Shown piece after piece: positions 1 to 9,522 of a stretch of DNA of 64,000 nucleotides; positions within the stretch are counted from its first letter, which is position 1; every line of letters begins with the position of its first letter. The stretch is from Anaerolineales bacterium (GTDB lineage Bacteria; Chloroflexota; Anaerolineae; Anaerolineales; UBA11579): contig JBBDXQ010000108.1 in NCBI GenBank assembly GCA_040902265.1, positions 1,706-65,705 of the forward strand. Direction: 5' to 3'. The notes beneath the pieces are model-generated. The model worked only from the letters and a program-made list of their open reading frames with translations, made no database searches and was not told the origin of the DNA. Position numbers and translations under genes: made by a program.

Positions 1-678
1 AGGCTCAAGCGGATCCAGCGCGCAATTCTGTCAGGTAAGTGGACGGAGATAGCGGATGCTGTATTTGTCCCAACGATGGAAGAGATTATTAATGCGACCC
101 GTGAATTTTGCGATCGAAATCATGCCTTCCTGGTCGTTAAGTCCCGGGCCAAGCAGAGAGATGCAGAATGTTTAAAAACTCAAGCTGACTTGTATTTATC
201 TGGTGAGGAGGATACGCATTATCCCGTTTTCACCTCTTACAAATTGCTGGCCATAGCCGATGTGTGCATCGGAGTGATGAGCATGTCGATGCTTGAGGCG
301 GCGGCCATGCAGGTTCCCGCCTGGAATATCTACGTGCCCAGTGCGGAACTGGACTACCCGCCCTCTCCGCTTTACCCAAAGCAAAAGCAATACCATCAGG
401 CCATCCTGTCCAAGGACCAAGAAGGGCCGTTTAATTATCCAGGTGTCATTACCAATATTGAGCCGCGTAACATCCTCAAATGGCTTCGCGAAAACGGGCT
501 GGACAACGCGCAAACTGACCCTCGGGCAGCGGCTACGTATGCCCAGAAATATTTAGGCATAACCGACAAGCCAAGCAGCGATCGAATTCTTGATTCTTTG
601 GAACTATTGCACTCATTCGCCAAAATGGAGCCCAAAGAGGAGGAACTCAAAAATGATGAAGTGGACCTGGCTGGGTAA
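1..678 (+). CDS. 3' part of a polysaccharide-biosynthesis protein (GT-B/capsule-synthesis-like C-terminal half); the 5' end lies outside the window
   Basis: Frame 1 is open from nt 1, with no stop before the first ATG at 76; stop TAA 676-678. 'YKLLAIADVCIGVMSMSMLEAAAMQVPAWNIY' has the same layout as the C-terminal halves of the GT-B-like ORFs at 33104, 43170 and 54937. By-eye only. Confidence 0.4.
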   Translation, partial: RLKRIQRAILSGKWTEIADAVFVPTMEEIINATREFCDRNHAFLVVKSRAKQRDAECLKTQADLYLSGEEDTHYPVFTSYKLLAIADVCIGVMSMSMLEAAAMQVPAWNIYVPSAELDYPPSPLYPKQKQYHQAILSKDQEGPFNYPGVITNIEPRNILKWLRENGLDNAQTDPRAAATYAQKYLGITDKPSSDRILDSLELLHSFAKMEPKEEELKNDEVDLAG

Positions 679-684
679 CCTGCG

Positions 685-1437
685 ATGAATAGGCTAATTT
701 CAAAGATCGTTGTGTTCTTCTCGCAAAGAATGAGGCTTTCTCATTACGAACGGCTGATTGTGAAGTTAATCCAGTATCGGGTCCGTACCCTGCCGCCAGC
801 GGAAGCACTGCGCTTCACATTCCGGCTAGAAGCGGCGTTATATGAGCTTGAAGGTCCTTTAGCTGTTAGATATAACGGGGGAAAGCATACTAAGCACCGC
901 CACACCGGCTACCACGATTTTTTTATCTCGCGCATCAAACCAGGAGAGTATGTTTTGGACGTTGGCTGCGGGATGGGAGATGTGGCTAATGATTTAGTAG
1001 AAAAAGCGCACGCTATTGTGGATGGCATTGATATAAATTCTGAAAACATCGCCGAAGCTAAAAGACGATACTCACATCCCAATCTGCACTTCATGGTCCA
1101 AGATGCGCAAACTTTGAAGATCGGAAAACCATATGATGCGATAGTGCTCTCTAACGTACTCGAACATTTAGACAACCGGCCAGAATTTTTACAGAGAATT
1201 ACTACGCTTACCAAAACAAGAAAGGTTTTCATTAGGGTCCCCTTATTTGAGCGCGATTGGCGCGTACCGCTTAAGAAGGAGCTGGAGGTTGAATGGCGAT
1301 TGGATCCGGACCACAAGACCGAATACACTCTTGAGGATTTTAATAAGGAGATAAGACAAGCCAGCCTTGAAGTAAAGCATATTGAACTGCGCTGGGGAGA
1401 GATTTGGTCAGAGCTAATGGCAGAGCAGGCGAAGTAG
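685..1437 (+). CDS. class I SAM-dependent methyltransferase
   Basis: 250-aa ORF. Motif I 'VLDVGCGMGDVA', then 'DGIDINSENIAEAKRR' and 'YDAIVLSNVLEHL' (Methyltransf_11/23-type layout). The next gene's ATG directly abuts its stop. Confidence 0.8.
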   Translation: MNRLISKIVVFFSQRMRLSHYERLIVKLIQYRVRTLPPAEALRFTFRLEAALYELEGPLAVRYNGGKHTKHRHTGYHDFFISRIKPGEYVLDVGCGMGDVANDLVEKAHAIVDGIDINSENIAEAKRRYSHPNLHFMVQDAQTLKIGKPYDAIVLSNVLEHLDNRPEFLQRITTLTKTRKVFIRVPLFERDWRVPLKKELEVEWRLDPDHKTEYTLEDFNKEIRQASLEVKHIELRWGEIWSELMAEQAK

Positions 1438-2427
1438 ATGCGCGTCTGTATTCCGGTTAGGTTTCTGCCTCAAGGTGGCGGTTTTTATTTTTTAGATGCG
1501 TTTAGTAATTATTTGCGCCAAATCGGTTGGGAAGTAACCCAAGATCTGGGGAGCAAATACGATGTGCTATTTACCAATCACTGGATGACACCGTATAGCG
1601 ATATCCTGCGCGCCATTCGACGGAATCCCAAGGTACGTATTGTGCAGCGCATTGACGGGGCGGCCCAAAACTATGGACGTCCTGCCGAGGCTGATGAGCG
1701 TCAGGCGCGGGTCAACACGATAGCGGATCTGACTATCTTTCAAAGCCAGTACGCGCGCGCCAGTACCCGCGAAATATTCCGGGTAATCAAGCAGGACGGC
1801 CCCATAATTTACAACCCAGTCGACCTATACACCTTTAGGTCTGGAGGCGAGCGGAAGCGGTTTTCCCGCCAGGCGCAGGTGGCAGCGGTGACCTGGAGTA
1901 CGAATTCATTCAAAGGCTTGGGGAAAATTTACGCCGTGGCTTCTTCGCACCCCGACGTCGATTTTGTGCTTTGCGGTAGCTTTAAGGATGCCCCCGATCT
2001 GCCAAACGTGCATAAATTAGGATTGTTGGATCGCAAAGAACTCGCTGTTGCCCTGCGCTCCTGCCAGGTGCTGTTGACTTTTTCGAAGAACGAAGCCTGC
2101 CCGAACCATGTTTTAGAAGCGATGGCCTGCGGGTTACCCGTACTTTACGAGGACAGCGGCGCTATGCGCGAAGTGATCAGCGAGTGTGGGTTTTCGGTAA
2201 CGGTCGAAAGTTTTGCGGATGGACTTGGCAAAGCCTTGGGTAAGCTGGAGGAGCTTTCCCGGGCGGCTCAGCAGCGGGCGCAGGAACTGTTCAACCCGAA
2301 TAAGAATTTTAACCAATACACGACTTCTATTCTGGAAGCAACCGCGCGCCGGACTCACATCCCTGCTTTTCGGCGTACCGCGATTGCCTGGGCGTATCCA
2401 GTGTTGCAACGTTTGGGGGTGGCGTGA
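1438..2427 (+). CDS. glycosyltransferase, GT4-like (GT-B fold)
   Basis: 329-aa ORF. C-terminal E-x7-E motif 'EACPNHVLEAMACGLPVLYEDSGAMREV'. Abuts the previous stop. Confidence 0.8.
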   Translation: MRVCIPVRFLPQGGGFYFLDAFSNYLRQIGWEVTQDLGSKYDVLFTNHWMTPYSDILRAIRRNPKVRIVQRIDGAAQNYGRPAEADERQARVNTIADLTIFQSQYARASTREIFRVIKQDGPIIYNPVDLYTFRSGGERKRFSRQAQVAAVTWSTNSFKGLGKIYAVASSHPDVDFVLCGSFKDAPDLPNVHKLGLLDRKELAVALRSCQVLLTFSKNEACPNHVLEAMACGLPVLYEDSGAMREVISECGFSVTVESFADGLGKALGKLEELSRAAQQRAQELFNPNKNFNQYTTSILEATARRTHIPAFRRTAIAWAYPVLQRLGVA

Positions 2428-3506
2428 TGCGTGCTATGGTCGCCAGCTTTCGTCGGTGGCTGCGAAAGCCGAATCAACCGGAGCTTTACTACATCGCCCC
2501 GGGGGTGAACTGGGTGCTCGATTGGGAGGCAAAATATATAACACGAGAAGTGGAAAAGCAATTTGGTTTGAAAGCCAGTATCTCTCGCTCGGTTAGCGGG
2601 CTCAGCGGCCAAATCATACATTGCGCCTCGTTATGGGAATTGACGGATTATGTGCAAAGCCGGTTAAGCAGGCGAAACGCGGTCGTCGGCACTATCTATC
2701 ACGGTCAAAAAGAGGACAAACAATTCCAAGGCGCTTTAGAGAAGGTGCTGGACAATAAGGGGAATTTTGTCAAGTTGCACACGGCCAGCCAAATTATGCA
2801 GGGACGCTTATTAGCTTGGGGTGTCCCTTCCGAAAAGGTTACCTTGATACCGGAAGGGGTCGATTTGAAAAACTTCTACCCGGTGACAAAAGACCAGAGG
2901 CTGAAAAAAAGAGAGCAATTGGGAATTCCGGCTGGGGCTTTCTGTATCGGCTCGTTTCATAAAGACGGGGTTGGAATGGGTGATGGAAATGATCCCAAGA
3001 TGATCAAGGGTCCGGACATCTTCTTAAAAGTGATTGAGGCCGTGAACAAACATCACCCGGTTTTTGTGCTGCTTAGCGCACCAGCCCGCGGTTATGTCAA
3101 ATCAGGGCTAGAGAACTTGGGGATTCAGTATCGCCATGTGGTGCTGGATGACTATTTACAAGTACCCAGCCTTTATCATGCGGCAGATCTTTACTTAATG
3201 ACCTCGCGAGAGGAGGGTGGGCCGAAAGCTGTACTTGAATCAATGGCAACCGGTATCCCCGTGGTGGCAACTCAGGTCGGGCTGGTCCCCGATGTAATCA
3301 TCGACGGTGAGACCGGTCTGTTGGCCGACAGCGAAGACATAGAAACCCTTGCGGGGCATGTACTCACACTGATTTCCCGGCTAGATTTACGGCAGAGGTT
3401 AGTGGAAGGCAGCCTAAAAAGTGTCCGGAAATATGATTGGCCACTAATTGCCACTCGTTACTATCATGAGATCTACGAACCTATATTGGCCGAGCTAGCC
3501 CATTAG
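2424..3506 (+). CDS. glycosyltransferase, GT4 family
   Basis: 360-aa ORF. 'SREEGGPKAVLESMATGIPVVATQVGLVPDVIIDGETGLL' is the classic GT4 E-x7-E plus G-x-G-L signature. Start is GTG 2424 or ATG 2427; both overlap the upstream TGA. Confidence 0.85.
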   Translation: MMRAMVASFRRWLRKPNQPELYYIAPGVNWVLDWEAKYITREVEKQFGLKASISRSVSGLSGQIIHCASLWELTDYVQSRLSRRNAVVGTIYHGQKEDKQFQGALEKVLDNKGNFVKLHTASQIMQGRLLAWGVPSEKVTLIPEGVDLKNFYPVTKDQRLKKREQLGIPAGAFCIGSFHKDGVGMGDGNDPKMIKGPDIFLKVIEAVNKHHPVFVLLSAPARGYVKSGLENLGIQYRHVVLDDYLQVPSLYHAADLYLMTSREEGGPKAVLESMATGIPVVATQVGLVPDVIIDGETGLLADSEDIETLAGHVLTLISRLDLRQRLVEGSLKSVRKYDWPLIATRYYHEIYEPILAELAH

Positions 3507-4619
3507 ATGACCGCGCAAAAATCGATTGAGTTGGTTTTGTTCTTTACCAGGGGCGTCTCCCTGCGCACCTGGGACGAAGCCGGTATGCTGGCGCGCGAAG
3601 TGGCCTTGTACCATAAGCTGCTTGAACACGGAGTGCGTGTGAGTTTCGTGACGTATGGGGATAGGAGCGAGCTTAACTATTCTGCTCAGATTCCCGGCAT
3701 CCGCATCGTAAACAATGGCTGGAGCCTGCCTACGCATTGGTACCAGCGTAAACTAGCACTACTACCGCCGCGGGGCAACGTGTTTAAGAGCAACCAGGTG
3801 GATGGTGCCGAGGTGGCGTTGGCCGCCGCTCGCCGGGCGGGTGGAAAATTCGTTGCCCGCTGCGGCTATTTATTGTCTGCGGTGCAGGCGCGCACTCATG
3901 GGCCGCAGGCAGCGGCTACCCAGAAAGCGCACCAGCTTGAGCAGCATGTGTTCTCCGGTGCTGATCGAGTCTGTGTGACCACGCCGGCCATGGCGCAGGC
4001 TATCCAGGAAAAATATAAAGTAGCCGAAAGCAAGATCTCGGTCGTGCCGAATTATGTAGAGATCGATCGCTTCCAACCACTTGAGCGCGAGCCTAACAAA
4101 ACATTGCGCATCGGCTTTGTGGGACGACTGGCCTGGGAGAAGAACCTCAACCTCTTGATCGAGGCCGCGGCTGGCTTGGACGTGGAACTATTACTAGTTG
4201 GCGAAGGCCCGCTGAAGGAGGAACTGGCTTCACTGGCGGCTAACACAAAGGTCAAGGTAAATTTTCTGGGGAGAATGCCCAATGTGGCGCTGCCCGATTT
4301 CCTCAATTCATGCGATGTGTTTGTGCTTCCCTCGCTATACGAGGGTCACCCGAAAGCTTTGCTAGAGGCCATGGCTTGCGGCCTGGCGGTGATCGGTACC
4401 CGCGTCCCCGGTATCCACGAGCTGATCGCGGATGGCGAGAATGGCTTGCTGTGCGAGCCAGATGCGTCCAGCCTGCGACAGGCGCTGGAGCGCTCCTTGG
4501 GGGATTCGGCGCTGCGGGTGCGTCTTGGCAGCCAAGCCCGCCTCACAGTGGAGCAGCATTTCGCGCTTGAGCGCATCGTTTCCCTCGAGCTGGGTATCCT
4601 TGCCAGCCTGGTTGCTTAG
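3507..4619 (+). CDS. glycosyltransferase, GT4 family
   Basis: 370-aa ORF. 'PSLYEGHPKALLEAMACGLAVIGTRVPGIHELIADGENGLL'. ATG directly follows the upstream TAG. Confidence 0.85.
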   Translation: MTAQKSIELVLFFTRGVSLRTWDEAGMLAREVALYHKLLEHGVRVSFVTYGDRSELNYSAQIPGIRIVNNGWSLPTHWYQRKLALLPPRGNVFKSNQVDGAEVALAAARRAGGKFVARCGYLLSAVQARTHGPQAAATQKAHQLEQHVFSGADRVCVTTPAMAQAIQEKYKVAESKISVVPNYVEIDRFQPLEREPNKTLRIGFVGRLAWEKNLNLLIEAAAGLDVELLLVGEGPLKEELASLAANTKVKVNFLGRMPNVALPDFLNSCDVFVLPSLYEGHPKALLEAMACGLAVIGTRVPGIHELIADGENGLLCEPDASSLRQALERSLGDSALRVRLGSQARLTVEQHFALERIVSLELGILASLVA

Positions 4620-4622
4620 CCA

Positions 4623-5642
4623 ATGCCCAAGGTCACGGTGTTAATGGCTGTGCACAACGGGGAACCCTATTTACCCCGCGCAATTGATAGCATCTTGGGG
4701 CAAAGATTTCGAGAGTTCGAATTTTTGATCATTGATGATGCTTCTTCAGATAATAGTCCCGCCATTGTTTCAAGCTATTTGGATGAGCGCGTGCGCATCA
4801 TTAGAAATAGAAAACAGCTTGGGCTATCGCGGTCGCTAAACAAGGGCATTGAGATGGCTAAAGGTGAATACATCGCGCGCATGGACCACGACGACATCAG
4901 TCTGCCGGATCGCTTGCAGCGCCAGTCCTCCTTTTTGGATACGCACGAAGACATCGATGTAGTGGGTAGTTGGGCGCAAACACTGGAGTTGAAACCAAAA
5001 ACCTGGCGCTATCCGACTTCGGACGAGGACATTCGCAGCGAGTTTGTTTTCAATTCATCGCTGGTGCATAGCTCTGTGATGTTACGTAAGGCAACTTTTG
5101 ATAAACACCAGCTGCGTTATGACGAGATCGTTACACGAGCTCAGGATTATGAGCTTTGGACCCGAGCTGCGCCTCAGGTTCGGTTCGCTAACTTGGGCTC
5201 GGTAATGGTCCAGTATCGTGTTCATTCCCTGCAGGTGGGGAATGTTTTTGGCAAGGAACAACAGTCGGTAGCCGAGAGGGTGCGGTTGCGTGAAATTGAG
5301 CGACTGGGCATCAAGGCAACTGTTGGCGAATTGAAACTGCACCATCAAGTTAGCAGATGGATCCTTCCCCAGGGTCGCGCCGATTTAGAGAACTTGGAAC
5401 GCTGGTTATTGAGGCTGCGCGCCGCAAACCAAAGCTCGAGCGCCTTTCCGCGACCCGCTTTTGAGCGAGCTCTTGAGAGGCGCTGGTGGGCGGCTTGCCG
5501 GGCTAATGCCGGTTTAGGCTTAAAGGCATGGCGCATCTATGCGAATTCGAGGATCGCCAAAGCAACCAATCGAGCCGTGTTGGACAAGTTACAGTTTTGG
5601 TTAAAAACGCTTCTAAGGGAGTTGGGATGGAGGCGGAGTTGA
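4623..5642 (+). CDS. glycosyltransferase, GT2 family (GT-A fold)
   Basis: 339-aa ORF. N-terminal 'VTVLMAVHNGEPYLPRAIDSILGQRFREFEFLIIDDASSDNS' and the D-x-D region 'ARMDHDDIS'. Confidence 0.85.
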   Translation: MPKVTVLMAVHNGEPYLPRAIDSILGQRFREFEFLIIDDASSDNSPAIVSSYLDERVRIIRNRKQLGLSRSLNKGIEMAKGEYIARMDHDDISLPDRLQRQSSFLDTHEDIDVVGSWAQTLELKPKTWRYPTSDEDIRSEFVFNSSLVHSSVMLRKATFDKHQLRYDEIVTRAQDYELWTRAAPQVRFANLGSVMVQYRVHSLQVGNVFGKEQQSVAERVRLREIERLGIKATVGELKLHHQVSRWILPQGRADLENLERWLLRLRAANQSSSAFPRPAFERALERRWWAACRANAGLGLKAWRIYANSRIAKATNRAVLDKLQFWLKTLLRELGWRRS

Positions 5643-6841
5643 CCCTGCGAAAAGTAGCCGTTGTGGCCTACTCTGCACCGCCGTATAGCACAGGAGGCGT
5701 GGCCAGCGCTCATTTTAATCTTTTCCGCTTGCTGCAGCGATCCGGACTAGAGGCGCGCCTATTCACGTTTGGCGAGGCAGGCTACGAGGATGGCCTGGAT
5801 GTGGTCCGGCGTGGCACCCCGCGGTGGTTGAATTCTCTGCTTCAAAAAATAATTGGCTTATTGTTTGCATTAATTCAGCCGGGAAAATCAGCTTACCAAA
5901 CTATGGATATCTTAAAATCGATCGTGGGGGCCACACGTATGAGCAGGGAAATTAAAAAGTACTCCCCAAATGTGATCGTGCTCTCGGATCATGGAGCGCC
6001 TGGGTTGATGCTTATGAAACCCAAAGGGACAAAGATCGTCCTGGTATCGCATCATAATCCTGCCCGATTTTTGTCTATTGCGGATGGGAATTATTCGAGA
6101 TTTGATACTCAAGTGGCATTAGGCTTGGAACAGCGCGTATTCTCGAAAGTGGACGCAGTGGTTTGCCCTTCCGCCTACATGAAGAGGTGGTTTGAAAAAA
6201 GCTATAAATACCCCGGGCCAGTGTCTGTAATCCCCAATGTGATCGACGAAAAATTGCTACTCGGGATACAGCCCCTGGACCTGCGTGCCCACTTCAATTT
6301 AGAGCAAAACTCCATAGTCATTTACATGCCATCAGCTGGGAGCTATTTAAAAGGTGCGGGCTTCATATTGGAGCTGATCCGTGAGATAGTCGCGCAGAGC
6401 AAGAATGCTATCGGCTTTTATGTGCCCGGAGATATCCCTTCAGGCTTATTGGATCAAGTTTCTGAGCTTCCCGATAAAGCGCGCCTTTGTTTCACCGGCC
6501 CTCTATCTTATGAGGAGCATATTGGTAATGTAAAGACCTGTTCATTTGGAATATCACCGTCGTTGATAGAAAATTACAGCATGGCCCTCCTGGAAGCTGT
6601 GCACTGCGGCGTGCCCATGCTGGCATTCGAAACCGGTGGGAATGCCGATATCATCCGATATGGCGAGAATGGATACCTGGTCCCCGAAGGCGATATCAAG
6701 TCCCTGAGCAAACTGGCGACTCAGCTGCTGGAATCAGGCAGGCTTAAAGCTTTACAGGAAAAGACAATGACATACAGCCAACTCCACCTCTCCAGTCAAA
6801 CAGCCTTGGATGCCTATTTGGAAATGATGAAATCGTTATGA
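5627..6841 (+). CDS. glycosyltransferase, GT4 family
   Basis: The track ORF begins at 5528, but ATG 5627 ('MEAELTLRKVAVVAYSAPPYSTGGVASAH') overlaps the upstream stop by 16 nt and starts the GT-B N-domain. C-terminal 'ENYSMALLEAVHCGVPMLAFETGGNADII..GENGYL'. Confidence 0.8.
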   Translation: MEAELTLRKVAVVAYSAPPYSTGGVASAHFNLFRLLQRSGLEARLFTFGEAGYEDGLDVVRRGTPRWLNSLLQKIIGLLFALIQPGKSAYQTMDILKSIVGATRMSREIKKYSPNVIVLSDHGAPGLMLMKPKGTKIVLVSHHNPARFLSIADGNYSRFDTQVALGLEQRVFSKVDAVVCPSAYMKRWFEKSYKYPGPVSVIPNVIDEKLLLGIQPLDLRAHFNLEQNSIVIYMPSAGSYLKGAGFILELIREIVAQSKNAIGFYVPGDIPSGLLDQVSELPDKARLCFTGPLSYEEHIGNVKTCSFGISPSLIENYSMALLEAVHCGVPMLAFETGGNADIIRYGENGYLVPEGDIKSLSKLATQLLESGRLKALQEKTMTYSQLHLSSQTALDAYLEMMKSL

Positions 6842-7869
6842 CCCGAGTGAGCTTTGGTATTTTGGCTTTAAATGCGAAACCCTTTTTGGAGTACAACCTG
6901 CGCGCCTTGTACCCGCTTGCGCATGAGATTATCGTGGTGGAAGGGGCGGTGCGGGCGGCCGCGTCCCTGGCTACGCCGGATGGGCATTCAACGGACGGCA
7001 CCGTTGAAATGGTTGCCGAATTTAAAAAGAAGCACGATCCTGAAAACAAACTGAGCATTGTCTTCGCGGAAGATCAGGGCTACACAGATGGATTTTGGCC
7101 GGAGAAGGACGAAATGTCTCGGGCTTATGCCCAACACCTGACCGGAGATTGGCTGTGGCAGGTTGATTCCGATGAGTTCTATCGTGAGCAAGACTTACAA
7201 GCAATATTGCGGATGATCGCGGAGAATCCCTCTATTTCGGCCATATCCTTTCCTTATCTCGAATTTTTCGGAAGTTTTCAGAGCCTTATAACTGGCTCCT
7301 GGCATTTATACGAACAGACACTGTGCCATCGTATCTTCCGCTGGGGTCCTGGTTACAGCTATTCGAACCACCGGCCGCCGACAGTGTTGGATGCAAGCGG
7401 GACAGATTTGCGCAAGAAGCATTGGATATCGGCTCCGAAAAACAAGACAGAACCTATTTACCTCTTCCACTATTCCTATGTATTCCCGAAGCAGGCACAA
7501 CAAAAGGTAGGCTATTACTCCAATGTGGAATGGACAACTAGCTTTCGGGGAAACAAACGTTGGTTCGAGGAGAGTTATCAGCAACTTAAGCGGCCTATGT
7601 TCCTCGGGGAGAAGGGCTGGCCGAATTTGCAATGGCTGGATGGGTACGACGGGCAGCATCCGGAAGCGATAATGACATTACGGTATGACCTTGATACAGG
7701 AAAAATCAAGGAGTCGTTACGTCCGACTCGAGATATCGAAAAACTGCTTAACTCGCCTCTGTACACCCTTCTGCGGGTGGTCGCGCGTGTTTTGTTAGCC
7801 GTATACTGGCCGATACGCACGGCCTGGAAGGCGGTCCGCAGGGGTTTAATTGTGGGGCAACATGGTTGA
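6838..7869 (+). CDS. putative GT-A-fold glycosyltransferase (GT2-like, divergent)
   Basis: 343-aa ORF with an ATGA overlap to the upstream gene. 'VSFGILALNAKPFLEYNLRAL..IIVVEGAV..DGHSTDGT' and the acidic 'WQVDSDEFY' (DxD-like). By-eye only. Confidence 0.5.
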   Translation: MTRVSFGILALNAKPFLEYNLRALYPLAHEIIVVEGAVRAAASLATPDGHSTDGTVEMVAEFKKKHDPENKLSIVFAEDQGYTDGFWPEKDEMSRAYAQHLTGDWLWQVDSDEFYREQDLQAILRMIAENPSISAISFPYLEFFGSFQSLITGSWHLYEQTLCHRIFRWGPGYSYSNHRPPTVLDASGTDLRKKHWISAPKNKTEPIYLFHYSYVFPKQAQQKVGYYSNVEWTTSFRGNKRWFEESYQQLKRPMFLGEKGWPNLQWLDGYDGQHPEAIMTLRYDLDTGKIKESLRPTRDIEKLLNSPLYTLLRVVARVLLAVYWPIRTAWKAVRRGLIVGQHG

Positions 7870-7930
7870 TCCAAGGATAGATGCCCACTTGTTGAAGCAG
7901 CCAGTGAAAGTACTGGGACGCTCCAATGGT

Positions 7931-7936
7931 TATAAT
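7931..7936 (+). promoter_or_regulatory. -10-like TATAAT box in the 111-nt gap upstream of the cupin/aminotransferase genes
   Basis: 'aatggtTATAATcgcc'. No convincing -35 seen. Confidence 0.3.
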
Positions 7937-7980
7937 CGCCGCCTGAGGGGTGGTAAGCCAGGGGAGCAAAGTTTGCGAGA

Positions 7981-8406
7981 TTGGAGCCTAACTTGGCGAT
8001 TGAACTAGTTGAATACAACGGTGTAAAGTATGCGGAGATCATTTGGGGAGATACGCGCGTAGCGAAGACCACCTTCTTCTCACCCCCTGAATCTTCGTTC
8101 CAATTCGGATTATTAGCCCATGAAGCAGGTTTTTCAGAACCTCCTCATTACCATAAACCGATCACTCGTACGATCAGCGATCTGCAGCAGATGTTCCTCG
8201 TACAACGCGGGGTGGTGGTCGTAGAGCTCTACAGTGACCAAGGAGATCTGCTGCGGGAGATCGAGATGCACGCAGGGGACGCCATTGTACTGATCCATGG
8301 GGTGCATGCACTGCGCGTCTTAGAGGATATGCAGAGCATCAGCATCAAGCAGGGGCCGTATTTGGGGGAAGAGCAGGACAAGATCTTCGTGGATGTGAAG
8401 AAATGA
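7981..8406 (+). CDS. cupin-fold protein (WbuC-like or sugar-nucleotide ketoisomerase-like)
   Basis: 141-aa ORF with a TTG start. 'PPHYHKP...LVQRGVVVVEL...GDAIVLIHGVHALRV...IKQGPY' is a two-His/beta-barrel cupin layout. Its stop overlaps the DegT gene start (ATGA). Confidence 0.55.
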   Translation: MEPNLAIELVEYNGVKYAEIIWGDTRVAKTTFFSPPESSFQFGLLAHEAGFSEPPHYHKPITRTISDLQQMFLVQRGVVVVELYSDQGDLLREIEMHAGDAIVLIHGVHALRVLEDMQSISIKQGPYLGEEQDKIFVDVKK

Positions 8407-9518
8407 TCCCGGTTTTTGAGCCCGTTATCAGCGAAGACGAGATCGAGATGGTGGTGGATGCGCTGCGCAAAGGCGAGGTTTCAGGCACTTTTGGCAGGTA
8501 CATAGAGGATTTTGAAGGCGAATTCGCTGCTTATGTGGGGTGCCAACATGGCATAGCGGTAAATAGCGGCACCTCCGCTCTCCACCTAGCTGTGGCAGCA
8601 TTGGACTTAAGGAAGGGTGACGAGGTGTTGGTGAGCGCCAGTACGAACATCGCCACTGCCCTCGCCGCGTTGCACAATGGCGTTGTGCCGGTCCCTGTTG
8701 ATTCTGAGCCTGTCACCTGGAACCTGGACCTCGACTTGATCGAAGGACTGATTACGCCACGCACGAAAGCGATCATCCCCGTGCACTTATACGGCCATCC
8801 GGTGGATATGGACCGCTTAATGGAGATAGCTTCAAGGAACAACTTGACAGTCATTGAAGATTGCGCCGAATCACATGGCGCCACGGTGCGAGGCCGTATG
8901 ACAGGCAGCTTTGGACACATGGCTTGCTTTAGTTTTTACGCCAACAAGGTCATCACTACTGGCGAAGGTGGCATGATCACCACCAACGATGCCGAGTTTG
9001 CCAAGCGCGTGCGCCTATTGCGCAACCTGGCGTTTACTGAGCCACGTTTTCGGCATGAGTTAGCCGGTTTTAATTTTCGGATGCCGGGTTTTGTGGCCGC
9101 TTTGGGGTTGGCGCAATTTCGCAAGATCGATAAGATCGTGGAAGAAAAGCGGCGCGTGGCCAAAGCCTATGTGCAGCGATTAGAAGGGGTACCAGGGCTG
9201 CAGGTGCCTACAGAGCTGGAATGGGCTAAGAATGTGTACTGGATGGTCGGTTTGGTAGTTAAACCGGAATTTGGTATTTCTCGCGATAAGCTGGCCGAGG
9301 TTTTGGCCGAGCGCGGCATCCAGACCCGCACCTTCTTTTGCCCCATGAACCAGCAGCCGGTGCTGCAAAATATGGATGGCTTCCGCGCGGTTGCCTGCCC
9401 CGTAGCCGACTCCCTCTGGGAAGACGGGCTTTACTTGCCCTCCACTTGGACGCTGGATGACGAAAAGATCGAATTTATCTGCAAGGCCATTCGACAAGCG
9501 CCGCAGTGGGAAGCTTGA
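8403..9518 (+). CDS. DegT/DnrJ/EryC1/StrS-family PLP-dependent sugar aminotransferase
   Basis: 371-aa ORF. 'GIAVNSGTSALHLAVAAL', 'VIEDCAESHGA', and 'FSFYANKVITTGEGGMITT', where the Lys is the PLP-binding lysine context. Confidence 0.9.
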   Translation: MIPVFEPVISEDEIEMVVDALRKGEVSGTFGRYIEDFEGEFAAYVGCQHGIAVNSGTSALHLAVAALDLRKGDEVLVSASTNIATALAALHNGVVPVPVDSEPVTWNLDLDLIEGLITPRTKAIIPVHLYGHPVDMDRLMEIASRNNLTVIEDCAESHGATVRGRMTGSFGHMACFSFYANKVITTGEGGMITTNDAEFAKRVRLLRNLAFTEPRFRHELAGFNFRMPGFVAALGLAQFRKIDKIVEEKRRVAKAYVQRLEGVPGLQVPTELEWAKNVYWMVGLVVKPEFGISRDKLAEVLAERGIQTRTFFCPMNQQPVLQNMDGFRAVACPVADSLWEDGLYLPSTWTLDDEKIEFICKAIRQAPQWEA

Positions 9519-9522
9519 ACAG